64,000 bases of DNA, taken from contig CM119374.1 of NCBI GenBank assembly GCA_051294905.1, forward strand, positions 21,700,001-21,764,000, read 5' to 3'. This DNA is from Botryllus schlosseri (Eukaryota). Below the pieces are notes generated by a model. It did not search any database. It saw nothing but the letters and a program-made list of their open reading frames with translations, and was not told the DNA's origin. Shown here in pieces: positions 39,418-52,026 of this stretch. The position numbers were made by a program, and so were the translations under genes. Numbering within the stretch: the stretch's first letter is position 1; every line of letters begins with the position of its first letter.

Positions 39418-40956
39418 CAGTGGTTCTTAACCTTGCCCACAGCGCCCCCCAGGGGGCGCTGGCGACTTTGAAGGGGGGCGGAAGCGCTCAGGGGGCGATA
39501 TGGGGGGCGCTGGGCTCAGGGGGGCGGTATGGGGGGCGCTGGAGAAAAATGGCTTCGCAGTAGATGATGTGGTGATAGGACTTATCCTTAATGAGTATTC
39601 AGGGCAAATTAACACCGAAAACTTCGCTACATATAGCCTTCAAAATACATATAGGTTTGATTGTACATGGGCGCCTAAATGACTGACACCGAATGTTCCT
39701 GTCTTAGCAATCTGAACCCCAGAAGACGAATTCCATCGGGCAGGGAAAAATTATATGTCAGCGAGGAAATACCAATCTGAAATTGGTGCGTCTTTTAGTT
39801 TAGTACGATTGGGCGACAGGGATATTCCTGTTGGGCGATATCCCCGTTGAGCGATTCTATATTTTTTGATATTGCAGACAGGGGGTAACGAAATAACATC
39901 ATGCAACGAAGTCATACCAACGAGCTCGCCCGCCCGAACATGTTTAATTATTAGTAACGGGCCCTACAGTTTTCTAGAAACCTCACAATGTTCGCTTCAA
40001 GTTTTGATGAGTCTGCGCAAACTCAACAACTCACTGCGCTGACCCTTGGATAACAGTGCGTAACGACTAAAAAAAGGTAATAACTTCGGATTTGTTGTGC
40101 GCAACGTAGATTTCCTGTGCGCAGAGACCGTGTCAGCACTGCGCACGTGCGCAGCTTAGTGGGAACATTGCACGTCACTCAGCTCTACCGGTAGATGTGT
40201 TTACATGAGCAGAGAGAGGATAAAAATTGATCTCAATTTACATGCAATTCCCGATGATATTGACCACTTTAATCATTAATTAGTGAAATTTTTCGCGCTT
40301 CGCGCGACTAGGCGAGCATAGCTGCCTCAGTAAATGGACACCCAATGTAGATACCTAATAGGCTATCAGCCAATAGCGGACAGCCTAATGGAGGTCTGGG
40401 AGTGAAGTCTCCCGGAAGTTTGGTTTATCACCCGATGGGGGCCCTGGACCAACGTTTTTTGTTTGGAGGGGGGCTGACGAAGTGCTGTTACGGCCCTGGT
40501 AACGAATAATTGTACCTGCGGGCACGCCCGAATATATTTAATTATTAATTAGGTGCCCTTTATTTTCCTATACAACAGCTCACTCAGTGCTACTGGTAAA
40601 TCTGATTACGTGGGCTGAGAGGATAAAAAGTTTATAGCGAGTTATATATGTAATTACCACCTTTCCATTCATGCATTATGGAAAATTTTGGTACCTAGTG
40701 CGACCAGGCCACACAAACTTTGCTGACCATCAAAATCACGATATGGGGCTCGTGGGGGCGAAGCCCTCAGAGGTTCAGTTTATCACGCTATGGGTGCGCA
40801 AGGCAATCGTTTTTAGGGGGGTTGACGAAGTGCTATTACGGCCCTCCCTCTTACTCATTGTCTTTATTACATTCCTTACAATATGAAGTTGGGGGGCGCT
40901 GGAGCACTATAATTTTTGAAAGGGGGCGCTGGAAGAAAAAAGGTTAAGAACCACTG
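39418..40956. mobile_element. Non-autonomous hAT element with nested MITEs
   Basis: Perfect TSD TCGTATAG. TIRs CAGTGGTTCTTAACC / GGTTAAGAACCACTG, with GGGGCGCTGG subterminal repeats. Confidence 0.92.
39986..40170. mobile_element. MITE, second copy of the 8994-9188 family
   Basis: CAATGTTC...GAACATTG termini and an aligned body. Confidence 0.75.
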
Positions 40957-41799
40957 TCGTATAGGATCAATACTGAGAGCTACTTTACAGGCTCCAGAAA
41001 AACCAACGCTGGATGGATACGAAGAAAAGACGCCTACCTGAAAAACAAATGCAAATTCTGCCAACATGCAGAAGATACTCTGCGCCACACCTTCGCCGAA
41101 TGTGCAACTTACAAAAAACTGTTCTCTCTTGTAATACAGGATCTCGAGAACGACCTGCAAACGACTATCGACGCTACACCCGACGAGATAATGCGCAACG
41201 TATACGACGGACCGCAGGCTGCGACCATAATAAAAGCCTTTATGAACGTGAAAACCCTTGTGTGGGAATGGAAAAATGCACTCGACATCCAAAATGAATA
41301 CGCCCAAAATATTGACCAACGCATCAATGATATAAGAAGTAAAATATACCGAAAAATTTAAGCGAGCCCACTGAACGCACCGATAAAACGAGATAAATCG
41401 TATCATATTTATCGACCCACAAAACCCAACCAATCCACCCACAACATATCCCAACCACTCTAACCTCCCATCCTATCCCACTCCACCCCACCCCCTAAAC
41501 CCTTCCCTAACCCATCTAACCCCCACCTCCCAAACCCCACCACCACTCCGCACCGAATACCCAGCACCCAACCCAATCCACAAACGCAAACGAGCGCCAG
41601 ATACCGGCGGCTCCTACTACGACCACGACTACAAATTTACATCTACTACAGCGAGATGAGATGAACCGAGCGGCTACGACCTCGACTACAAATCCAAATT
41701 CGGCGACGGCTGAGACGAGATGACCCGATGAAGGGGAAAGATTTTCTTTATGAAATTATTGATATTTTATGTACATACTTGAATAAAAATCACTCAAAA

Positions 41800-42023
41800 G
41801 GTTCGAGTCCGACCGAGGTCGACTTCCGAATTCCGATACCTAAGTGTTGGACGTTTACCTAGGCTCCTCCTCGCCACATCATCCGCGTCAGCGGTGTCTT
41901 ACAAAAGCCTAGAGGTGGGCCGTGCTATAAGTCGGCAGTTACGGAAAATAAAAAGAATATCGGCCTGGTGTAAATGACCATAGTAGTCGACAAACACCAT
42001 GAATACCACAAACCAACCAACCA
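41800..42023 (+). mobile_element. SINE family A starting at its B-box
   Basis: GGTTCGAGTCC at 41800, the family body and a (CCAA)n tail. Confidence 0.85.
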
Positions 42024-42374
42024 ATATTGCAGGGATTATATTTTGATATCATGCAGTAAGAGCCCTCTCAAACACAAGCTCGTCTCCGACCCTCTTCCGA
42101 ACGTTACCAAAACTACAGCTTTGGGTTTGGGCGAAATCGTTTAAATCTTATCAAGATATACTTCGGCCCCATACAAAGGTTCCACACTCGTATATTGACT
42201 CTACGTAGGCTATGTGTTCGTGCGGTTTACGAAGGTCAGATCATCGGATCCATGGGTTTTGCACCGGTTGTTTTAGCACTTGCGATTGTGAACGCGAGTC
42301 ACAGCTCGTTATAGGAAAGCAGACCCGAAAGTGAAATGTGCATGTTTCATTTTATAACAGAGATCGATAACTCA

Positions 42375-42566
42375 AAACGGGCCGCGGGCCACTTTTAAAA
42401 TCTTGTCGAGGCCGCAGGCCGCACGGGTTCAATATCGGAATAAAATAGGCCGCACAGTCCAACAACCACTATTTTATAAACTTTACATCGGTACACGCTG
42501 TGATCTCTAACTTGGGCGACTGGCATGGTTGTCACAAAAGAAATAGACGCATGTTGGTAACCCCTG
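42375..42566. mobile_element. hAT MITE fragment
   Basis: AACGGGCCGCGGGCCACTTT... is the reverse complement of about 26455-26530. It ends TTGGTAACCCCTG. Confidence 0.5.
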
Positions 42567-43035
42567 TTTTAAAGGCAGCTCCTTCAAATAGCGCGGGCAG
42601 GTCAGGGTGGATGCTTCAATTAAATTCCTCTTGAAATAGTTTCGAATCCTATTATATTATTGCATCACAATCTTGATAAAATGACAGGTGACAGTGTTTA
42701 CCTAACAATTATCGTTGCCACAGAATCAGATCATAACAGCTGTTGATGCTATCAATACTGCGAATGCGGAGTTGTAGAGTGTATTGGTGAGCTAATGTGT
42801 GTCCTGTGAAGGTATCTATGTTTGGTGTCTCAGTATACGCATACGTAAAGTTGTACACTTCGTGTGAATGATGTAATGCAGTACGTTTGGAGCTGGCCTA
42901 CGCCAGACAATACTTACTAGTAATTGATACCCTAGCGGTATCTAGATATAATTAGGTCTCCTCTACGGCATATGCCACACGCGATGAGAGAGTGAAATTC
43001 TTGTTCTCCAAAGAGAAAGTTCAGCTTTATCTACA

Positions 43036-43044
43036 TATATAAAG
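43036..43044 (+). promoter_or_regulatory. TATA box
   Basis: TATATAAAG 72 bp before ATG 43108. Confidence 0.65.
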
Positions 43045-43107
43045 CGCTACTAAACCCCGTGTCACATACATTCTGGTTGATAACAGTGAATTGGACTCTC
43101 ATCGGGT

Positions 43108-43843
43108 ATGCTCATTAATATTCACAGATGGAACGCTCCTAAATCAGAAACTCAGGCAGACATCCTGAAGAACCTTGAGGAGTCCGCTGTGTTCAGTTTC
43201 ACAGTTACGGGAGCCTTTTCGGCACACCTGCATCGAACTTCAGTTTGATCACAGAGCGCATTTCACCATCAGCAGGAGAATTCCCGATAAAACCTTCCTG
43301 CCTATCGCCATCTTGGGAACACGTGCAGTCACTTATATCGAGAGAGTGATGGATGTCAAGTCCGAAAATTGCGGAACCATATTTCAGAGCCAAGACAAGC
43401 AAGAGTCCAGAGCGATGCTCGAAAAATTGCTTCGCGATTTCGAGGCAACCTACAATTTATGGAATAAAAATCGCAGAGAGCACGTGACAACCACGGTGCT
43501 GAACGCAATGGAGGGAAAGGTGTGGGAGTTTACCTCCAAAAGACAGTTTCTCGACTTTGTTGAGTACGTACGTGTCGAAGATCGCAGAAGAGTAACGGCA
43601 ATCTTGATATTATATTTCAGCGTGGTCAACCACCTGGCCTCAAGTATTTCATTAATTTTCCTATTTGCAATAAGTCTTTTATTAACTTTTCATAAGGCCA
43701 GTAGACACATAGTGACGTTGCTAGCCTCGTCAGTTATCTCGTTTGCTACTATCAAAACTTGCGCAAAAATTTGCGTCCTACTGAAATTCCGCGATTTCGT
43801 ATTTAATTTTAATATGTTTCATTCACTGTTAATTTATATGTAG
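43108..43843 (+). pseudogene. Array paralogue with an 11-nt frameshifting deletion and Cys to Arg in the NC motif
   Basis: MLINIHRWNAPKSET...FSFTV, then cgcaaagagca is missing relative to the 54586 gene. YNLWNKNRREHV replaces NCRDHV. Confidence 0.9.
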
Positions 43844-44970
43844 GTCCTTAATTTAATTATGCGCGACGAATGTACTGTTGTTTTTATAATATTTCAGCAC
43901 TGCGAATTTGAAATAAACGGGTAGATATTTAGTAAACGAAATTATTGGTTCAAACGACTAACCGAGCTGGATATCAATTTGCAGCATGCAAGTTCTCGGT
44001 TAATAAAGTTCTAGGGCAAAGGAGGGTTTCCTTTCTCAAGATGACAGAAATAGATTTTTACTTTTGGAGTTAGTTATTATTATTATAAAAATCAGTATTT
44101 GTGCTTTAAAAGGTAATAGTCATATAGCGGCACCTATACCATATCCAGTGTTCCACAGTCTTCAATTTGATACGTCACCTATACATCTTGGAAACTATAG
44201 TTACAGCATAGGTAATTGTTACAGGGCACTATATAGCATGAAATTGCAAACTCGGCAACCGGCGTTAGTATTTCAGTCAAAACTAAGACATTGTATGTGA
44301 TGAATTCAACTATAACATTAGGACACAATTCTATCAAGAAAGAACTTGAAAAATCATATTATGAACAATCAGCGGAGAATTGTGAGAATAAGGCAGAGCA
44401 GGTTATCTTGTTTCTATAACCACCTCAAAAAGTGGAACATGTAAACGGAAGCAACCTCTCCAAATATGAACAATTTGAACATGCACATGAGCATTTTTTA
44501 TGGGTGACTCGTTTATATCAACTGGCATGGGTGTGAAAGTCAAACTACGTATATCAAAACTTGTGATACTGCTTTGATACATGCAGCACATATAGCATGG
44601 TGAAAATCTGGAAAATCCAAATTGTTCCGAGAAAAGAATATCACTCTGAGTTAAGCCCCTAACTGGGAATATTCTGGACAATCTAGACATTTCTGACATC
44701 GCGAATCATCGTGATGACTAGGTGCATTCGAATCTGCGTGCATTAATATTTCTTTATTTAATTTATAGAACATTCGTCATTTCCGATACTAAGATCGTGA
44801 CAACTAAACCATAATATTGGTACATCTCCATTACATATATCGTCAGTCCCTCAACGGTGAAATAATCCGAGCATGGGTTGACTGGAAGATAACCCTGTCT
44901 ATTTCAGAACCACACGACTAAGTCGAGGCTTGGGAGCAAGTAAGAAAAATGTATCACTAGTGATGGTCAC

Positions 44971-46557
44971 TAGGGTTGTCCATAATTTGGAAAATCTCAA
45001 AATTTATGCGTATCCATGTCTCATTCTATAGATTATAGTTAAGAATCGTCAATGAACCTGCAATAAGCTCACAGGATAGTCGTTAACATTTGTCTAAATG
45101 CGTTTGAAAGTAGCTGCCGTAGAGTGGGCGTGTCAGCGACCATAGAACGGCAAGTAGACTAGTAATCACGAAATCACGGCGTTTGATTGGCTAATCTGCT
45201 ATGCTTCAATGATCACGACGTTGGCGGCTTGATGATCAGCTGGTCAAGGAGTCGGCTGACGGCGGTGATTCTGTAAGCGCATTATAGGTTGGTCCGCAAC
45301 TAATGATTTGGGATTAATTCAGAACATATTGAGTTACGAAATAAATGATGAACTAAGAACAGCTGCTTCACAATATCTTTAAATGCATGACTGGATGGCT
45401 TATTGTGAAGGTAGCCGTTGCAGCCTGTATGCCTAGCACAAAATCATGCGGAAAAATAGTGCAAAGGCGCTTATGCAAGTGGTAAACGAATTTCTAGTTT
45501 CAGAGGGGATGTACCATCATAGAATACAAATATAAAGCTTGTCATTGAAAGTACTTTGTCTGATCTTATTAGGCTGTTGTCGTGGTACGTAATTGAAGTC
45601 TTGAATGCTGTAAGGGCAGGATGAATCAGTCATTTATGCTTGGCACTTGTCAGATTCTTGCAGCATAATGAATCATACCAGCAAAGTCATCAATGATGCC
45701 AGGCAAAGAGGTCTAAAGATAAGCACAGACTATGCTGGTAGGACCAGTAAAAAGACAGTTTGCTTACATTGCTTAGCATGTCCTTAATGAATGTTAGGTC
45801 ATTACCGGCTGCATAACGACTAATGCTTGGATCAAACCAGACATGGACATAAAAAGGATGGATTGAAGCGGTGTGGTGGTTACACTCTTCTTCAGAAATC
45901 CAATTTAAGCTACCTGGTCGGCCCACATATCTTCTGAGCATACAGGATTGTGTCCAGCATCCATCTCACATGTTATATATGCTGCACCAGTTTGGTGATG
46001 TCTAATATGCCATACCTGCACCCAGAAAAGCAGGACCACTTGGCGTAATCTCAAGCATATCATATATAGGTATTTCTTGGATCTATACTTAGTTCTCTAA
46101 GTTCACAATCAGTCGCTGTTTCACCTCTGTCATGCCTGTAAGAGGCTATTGTTGCTCTAAACCTATCGTTCCTAGTTTTAACACTAAAACATTCAATGAC
46201 CAGATGTCTCATTTTAATAATAAATCACCTGTGTACGATGCGCTTGCAGAATCATTGCCGTTAGCGATCTCCTTGGACTAATAGAAGCACATAATCAGCA
46301 AGCCGCTGTGGTCGTGATCATTCAAGCATAGCTGGAAAACCAATCAAGAGACGTGATTTCGATTACTAGTCATCTCGCCGTTCTATGGTCGCTAACACGC
46401 CCACTCTACGGCAGCTACTTTCAAACGCATTTAGACAAATGTTAACGACTTTCCTATGAGCTTATTGCAGGTTCATTGACGTTTTTTACCAATAATCTAC
46501 AGAATGAGACATGGATACGCATATTTTTTGAGATTTTCCAAATTATGGACAACCCTA
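44971..46557. mobile_element. Non-autonomous element with approximately 270-bp TIRs and an 8-bp TSD (hAT-like termini)
   Basis: Perfect TSD ATGGTCAC and TAGGGTTGTCC / GGACAACCCTA termini. 44971-45240 is the reverse complement of about 46310-46557. Confidence 0.9.
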
Positions 46558-46898
46558 ATGGTCACGGTCTGCTTACTCATTTACGTCTCCCTTAAACTTC
46601 GCAGTAAAACGTAACATTGTAACAGCGAACAAGGGCTGTGAGTCAAAAACGTGAATACGTATGATACTTGACTGTTTACAGGTCGTTTGTGTAATTGCTA
46701 CGTTACAAATCTCACGGTGCTGTGATTTCATAAAACCACTGCGGGGTGTTTCTCATATCTGCCGGTCTGTGGTCTGTCACGAAGTTGAGATTTGAGGCAA
46801 TTAGATTAACACATCGAAGACATGTCAAAGCTTCTACAAGTGGAGATAGAAATATTAGATCTCACAAGTCCTCAAGTAAGTAGTGAGTAAGTATGTTT

Positions 46899-47788
46899 GG
46901 TCGATATCAAACAGGTGCTCCCAATGAGACCAATATATGTTTTCCAGGAACATGTCATAATTTATCAACTTCAAAAGAAATTGTGTTGTTTTGTGCGTGC
47001 GAGATATTAGGGGTACGAGTGAGGGATATTTAGGTTGAGGGCTAACAGATATTAGGGTTGGGGAATGACGGATATTAGTGTTGGGGCGATGACGCACCAT
47101 TTTCGTTTGGGACTAGCGACATTAGGGTTCGGCGTGAGGGATATTAGGGTTGCGGTGATATCATCCCCATTCTAACGCAAACCTCGACCACCCCAACCTT
47201 ACTGTCTGTCATCCCATGCACGACCATAATATTGGGATACCCCGAAGCCTAGGGGATACCGACCGACAAGGTAGCGTAATGGTGAAGCGTCCGGCTTTTT
47301 GATCGGTAGGTCGTTGGTTCGATCCCCGGCCGGGTCAGACCAAAGACCTGATTGGTAACACTGGTATCCGTGCCTCCATGTTTGGCGCTCATGCATTGAT
47401 GGGATAGCATGGAGGGGTGTTGTAAGACTTAGAAAGCCGTAAAAGGCTATATCTGTACCTTCCTTATCCAGCGGCATATGCACATCAGACACTCATGATA
47501 TGCATATGCGCAGATCGTGTGTATGTGTATCACGAGTCGGTGTATATGCCGCAAAAACATCGAGGACAAAAATGAACTAGGCCTACGTCCTTTCCTTTCC
47601 ATCACCCGAACCATTCACCTAACTCACATCCAGCCCTAATATCCCTAATCCTCAACCCCAATATCCCCCACCCGGAACCACAACTCCAATCCCAACACGA
47701 AAAACAATTTATTTTGACGTTTATAAATTTTGACAGGTTCATGGGAAACTTTTGTTGGTGTCATTGCGAACACTTATTTGATATCGGG
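46899..47788. mobile_element. Old foldback-like element with GATATTAGGGTT subterminal repeats
   Basis: 46900-46990 is the reverse complement of about 47700-47788. TTAGGG-containing units lie on the left and CCCTAA-containing units on the right. No TSD was seen. Confidence 0.65.
47264..47495 (+). mobile_element. tRNA-derived SINE family B
   Basis: A-box TAGCGTAATGG and B-box GGTTCGATCCC (47316), followed by a non-tRNA body GGGTCAGACCAAAGAC...TTGGCGCTCA. Confidence 0.75.
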
Positions 47789-48588
47789 GGTATATCGAAG
47801 AAGCGCCGAAATCTTGAATAGGCCCTACTCGTGTCACGCTTTACAGTCTTTAGTCTAGGGGTTCGCAAGCGAAGGTACTCGTACCCTTTGGGGTTACGAA
47901 ATAAACATCGGGTGGTAAAAATATCCCTGGGCCACAAAACAGCTTTTCAAACAGATTTCACCGTACAGTTCTATTTTGAAATAGTAAAAGATATTATGCG
48001 AAAGCCAAATTGTCTCATAATAATTCGGATTACAACGTACGTACTACGTAGCCGCCCAAATCAAATGAAACGGGTTTCAATTTATTTTCTAATTTACAAA
48101 GATAACATCAATTCATTCGACTTCAGTGCAAGCGTAAATGTCGATAATACATGTAATATACAAGTTGCCACGTGCTGGCGAAATAACGCGTATAACACAT
48201 AAATACGCTACACTATACTGCACGCTATGACAAGATTACAGCGAGTCCGGCTATACAAAGCATGCATGTTAATAATTCACATCTCAACAGCTTATCAAAA
48301 TAAATGTGGCTTTTCGACCATGACATATATCAAGAAATGAAATCGCCTGTTTTCATGAGTAGAATCGAGTCATCGTTTGATCCAATTTTAGTGGGAACAA
48401 ATATCTCACTGAGAAGGGACAAACAGAATGACTGACATTTATTTGTTTTGCATTTTTGTGTGAAGTATCGGCTTATCGTTTAATTCAGCTGTAGAAGCAT
48501 TTAATTTAGCAATATCTAGCCGAAAAATTCAATTTTTGGGAAGTAACAAGAATGCCCTGACCTGACGAAAGGGTTCGAGCAGCAAAAG

Positions 48589-49290
48589 ATGTTGGGAAAC
48601 CTTGCTATAGTCTGAAAATTGAGCAGAGAACCTGTAGTGATTAAGAAGTTGGACGGTATGCGATTTTTCAATATCGACGTTATATCGCACGATGACAGCG
48701 TAAAGAAAACAGCGACAAACGAGCAGATTATTAGGCAATACTTGTTTCTTTTTATAGCTCTGATTGTCACGCCATTTTTCATACCGCGCCATCAATCCGG
48801 ATCGACACAATGCATTTCGAAGTCCGTCTGGGATTTTGCTGCGACCCTCTTGCGTATCACGTTTCCGTAATTTTCTCCTATACCCCGCCGGTTGTTTTGG
48901 GTATGGAGTGTAATTCAAAGACACGCTCATTGACGATTTACGATTCTCTCCTTTCTGATGGGAAAACGTACTGCAGCGTTTTAGCATTTGCGACTGAATG
49001 CTATTGCTCAGGATACCATGAACGTCAGACAGTAGGGTCACACGTAATAATTCCATTATCGTTACGCACAGTTTTTTTTCTTAGTCCAGTATTGATGCGA
49101 CCACACGCCAAGTAGACACGTCTAAAGTTCGAAATCCCCGTTTCTGCCGAATTTCTCCCGTGAAAAGTTACTTCATTTACATAAGTGCTCTGTTATCGTT
49201 CAAGGACACTTAGCGACGTATTGCGATTGTGGAGGCTAGACATCACGTGTTCAGGCTTGCGATAATCACCCGAGATATCCAATTCCATTA
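48589..49290 (+). pseudogene. Divergent-subfamily paralogue, disabled
   Basis: Starts MLGN like the 54586 gene. MECNSKTRSLTIYDSLLSDG aligns without gaps to FQSTNKVESKAVIDKLLGGD. LLSFKDT*RRIAIV against LLTLHKTARDIAIL. It has DNA homology to 56.4-57.0 kb. Confidence 0.6.
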
Positions 49291-49549
49291 TATCTGTGCA
49301 AGGTGACGAGTAGGTAATTAAACGGAAGACAAAAAGTAACACTATGTTTGTGCATTTTCCAGAGCAGTAGCTTGGATAACTTGTGGAAACATGTTATCAT
49401 TATTATTGATATTATTGGTGAAAATTGATAGTGGTTCAGATCAAATCAAACGTCTGGTACACCAGGTCTATGCAGTTTATTAACGGGTATTCGTGTCATA
49501 TTTATTGGTCCCTCTGTGCAAAATTCCATGAACTAATGATAATGATAAT

Positions 49550-50389
49550 TAGGGCGAATTTTTTCTGACCCAGAAAAATTAAAATTTTGACCTATAAAAT
49601 TAAAATTTTGACTTTTTTGACCTAAAAAAAAACTAAACTTTGATTAAATTTTGACCTCACGTATGCAAATTAGGGGTTTCACACATAATGTTGAAATTGT
49701 ACTACTTATCGTTTCTGGTAGGAACTGGCTGTCTTAACGAACAAGTTTGGTCTGAAAAACGCTTCGGCCTAAAAACTGACAAATGTTTAGCCTACATGAA
49801 ATACTAGTAATTTAACGAAATCTGGCCATATGAAGAATCCCAGTAGTTACAATACGCATTATGGTAGAAATCAATTAAATTTGTTGTAGTACAACGAAAG
49901 ATACTGTCTTACATTCTTGGGTAGAAAGTGTATGTCCGTACTAAGAAGCTTGCCAGGAATGGTGAACGAACGTTCAACAGCAGCAGTTGTTGGCTGACAA
50001 CACTGAAGTTGTGCGTACACTCCTGGTGACACACCTTGTTTCTTCATTCTGACAATGTTGTATACATCAAAATTTTTCATCATGCGCTTCTTGATTTAAG
50101 AACCATGCAATGCCCCCGCAGTCTTGCTTCAGTTAGGACATTGCAGTACGGTGACCATAACACCATGACAACCTATTTGTTTCATTTGACCGTTTATGAT
50201 TCGCAATGAGCGGACAACTGGCCGTTTACAACGGCAGGCCTAGAAAGTAGAGGCTACAAGCTGTAAAATATCAAATGATAAGGTCACCGCCAGTGCAAAA
50301 TCTACGATACATACAACATGCAGAGGTCATTTTTTTTTGAATTTTTATACAATTTTGAAAAATTTTGACATGTCAAAAAAATCGCCCTA
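49550..50389 (-). mobile_element. hAT deletion derivative retaining the C-terminal dimerisation motif
   Basis: Perfect TSD ATGATAAT and TAGGGCGA / TCGCCCTA termini. ORF 49871-50083 contains CCQPTTAAVERSF...YLSLYYN. Confidence 0.9.
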
Positions 50390-50745
50390 ATGATAATATA
50401 CAAAACAGAAGGTAAATTGAAATATAACCGTGGCAATTAAAAAGCTCAGCTGTATCATATAAATTTCCATCTAAATAAATTTACGTCGACATATCTAATT
50501 GTACATATTATTTATAACGATAGGCCAAAATAAAATCATGTACGACTATCACCAAAACACGGATTGTTCATAGGCCTGCTGGTAATCCAATTTGATGCAT
50601 GTACTGCAATGCCACCAAACTTCCAGCATATGTTTTCCTTGGAACGTAACTTGGAAAGAAGTTACGTAAATATACCTTTTCCATCATTTTCAAAGAACTG
50701 AGTTTAGCTTTCAATACAACATCCATTGTAAAAGAATATTTATTG

Positions 50746-50782
50746 AGCTCGAAGACTTTTCGGGTGCCTCTTTGCAAGAGTT
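50746..50782 (-). ncRNA. Minimal hammerhead ribozyme motif, degenerate copy
   Basis: The minus strand reads AACTC-TTGCAAA-GAGGCACCC-GAAA-AGTCTTC-GAGCT, with A6 changed to C relative to the plus-strand copy. Confidence 0.45.
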
Positions 50783-52026
50783 AACGGCACACTAAAGGGA
50801 TTTAAACAGATCTAAAAGCAAAAACCAAAAAAGCAAAGTATGACGCAACAATCAAAATCACAGACCATCACTAGGGTATTGAAAAAAATCGGATATAGCT
50901 CCCAAATATGGCCCAGAAAAACGCCCGGCATTCTTACACCTACCTTGGCTAGGTAACGTGTCTAACCGTTTTGAAAAACTTATTAAATCGGCTGCTCACC
51001 GTTGTTATTTCAGCGTTAACACGCATGTGGTGTACACGACGAAACCCTTGTTGCCTAACTCTCGAAAAGATGTACTTCCTGCTTTTAATGCAAGTAATGT
51101 TGTCTACCAATACAAGTGCCACTGTGATAGTAGGTATGTAGGACGTACATCTCAAAGATTGTTTGAGCGTATTAAGCAGCACATCCCCCAAATTGATTCG
51201 GTCAAAAACTTGCGCAAATGATCGCACGGAGCTCGCACGTCAGCGCAAATTGGCTGCTAAAACAGACTGCTATGACGATTACCAAGCATATGTTTCGTCA
51301 ATTGGTCAGGACCTGAGTGAAAACTCCGCCGGTGCACAGCACTATAATGACAATATGTTCACTGCCATTGCGCGTGGCAGATCTTTGTTTCATTTAAAAG
51401 TGCTGGAGACTACTTTTATTCAGTTGAACAAACTTATTTTATGTAGACAAAAAGATTTCCTCTATAACATACAAATTTCTCAATAGTGCGTGTTGTTTCG
51501 TGCGTGTAACTGTTTATTTACAAATTGCGTCGCTACTATAGTACCGTATGTCCGTCTAATTTCAGTGTGTTATTGTTGCCATTGATACAATGCAAATTTC
51601 ATGGTCTGTGATTTTGATTGTTGGGACATACTTTGCCTTTTTGGTTTTTGCTTTTAGATCTGTTTCAATCCCTTTAGTGCAGTGGTCGGGAACCTTTTTT
51701 TGGCCGAAGAGCCATATTGGCCCTATTTTTTTTCATCTCAACTCCCAAAGAGCCATACATGCAAATCAACTGTTACGTCACAATTGAAAATTCGTGACGT
51801 AATGGTAGCACTAATTCGAACTCACTACATGGGATTCCTCGTGTGCGCCACATTTCCTCTGTAAAAACTGGTATTTATTGTTCGAATATAAAGCTTGAAA
51901 CGAGAGGTAAGACGCAGACGGGCCAAGGCTCCACCAAGGATAACGCAATTCCCTGTATAAGTAGTTTAGAATTTATTATAACTGATATTAAGCGAATGTG
52001 ACTGTCACACTGATTCCAAAAATCCA

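Larger units (their letters stand above)
38590..41799 (+). mobile_element. 5'-truncated Tx1/L1-clade LINE with an inverted 5' segment, split by a hAT element
   Basis: Removing 39418-40956 and one TSD joins KQREISY to RINTESYFTGSR...CKFCQHAEDTLRHTFAEC (zf-RVT), with the stop at 41359-41361. A C-rich 3' UTR and AATAAA at 41782 follow. Confidence 0.85.

Noticed and set aside
39300-39682. Gly/Pro-rich ORFs
   Set aside because: They arise from GGGGCGCTGG subterminal repeats of the hAT element.
40876-41454. 192-aa minus-strand ORF
   Set aside because: It is antisense to the LINE zf-RVT region and runs into a hAT end.
47264-47335. Functional tRNA-Lys gene (likewise a tRNA at 26930-27001)
   Set aside because: The stems are imperfect, there is no Pol III terminator, and each continues into a SINE body.
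48529-49056. 175-aa minus-strand ORF as the real gene, or a Ulp1-like H...YDSL motif on the plus strand
   Set aside because: Synonymous changes against the 56 kb homologue favour the plus strand. The His-Asp spacing is too long for Ulp1 and no Cys motif follows.
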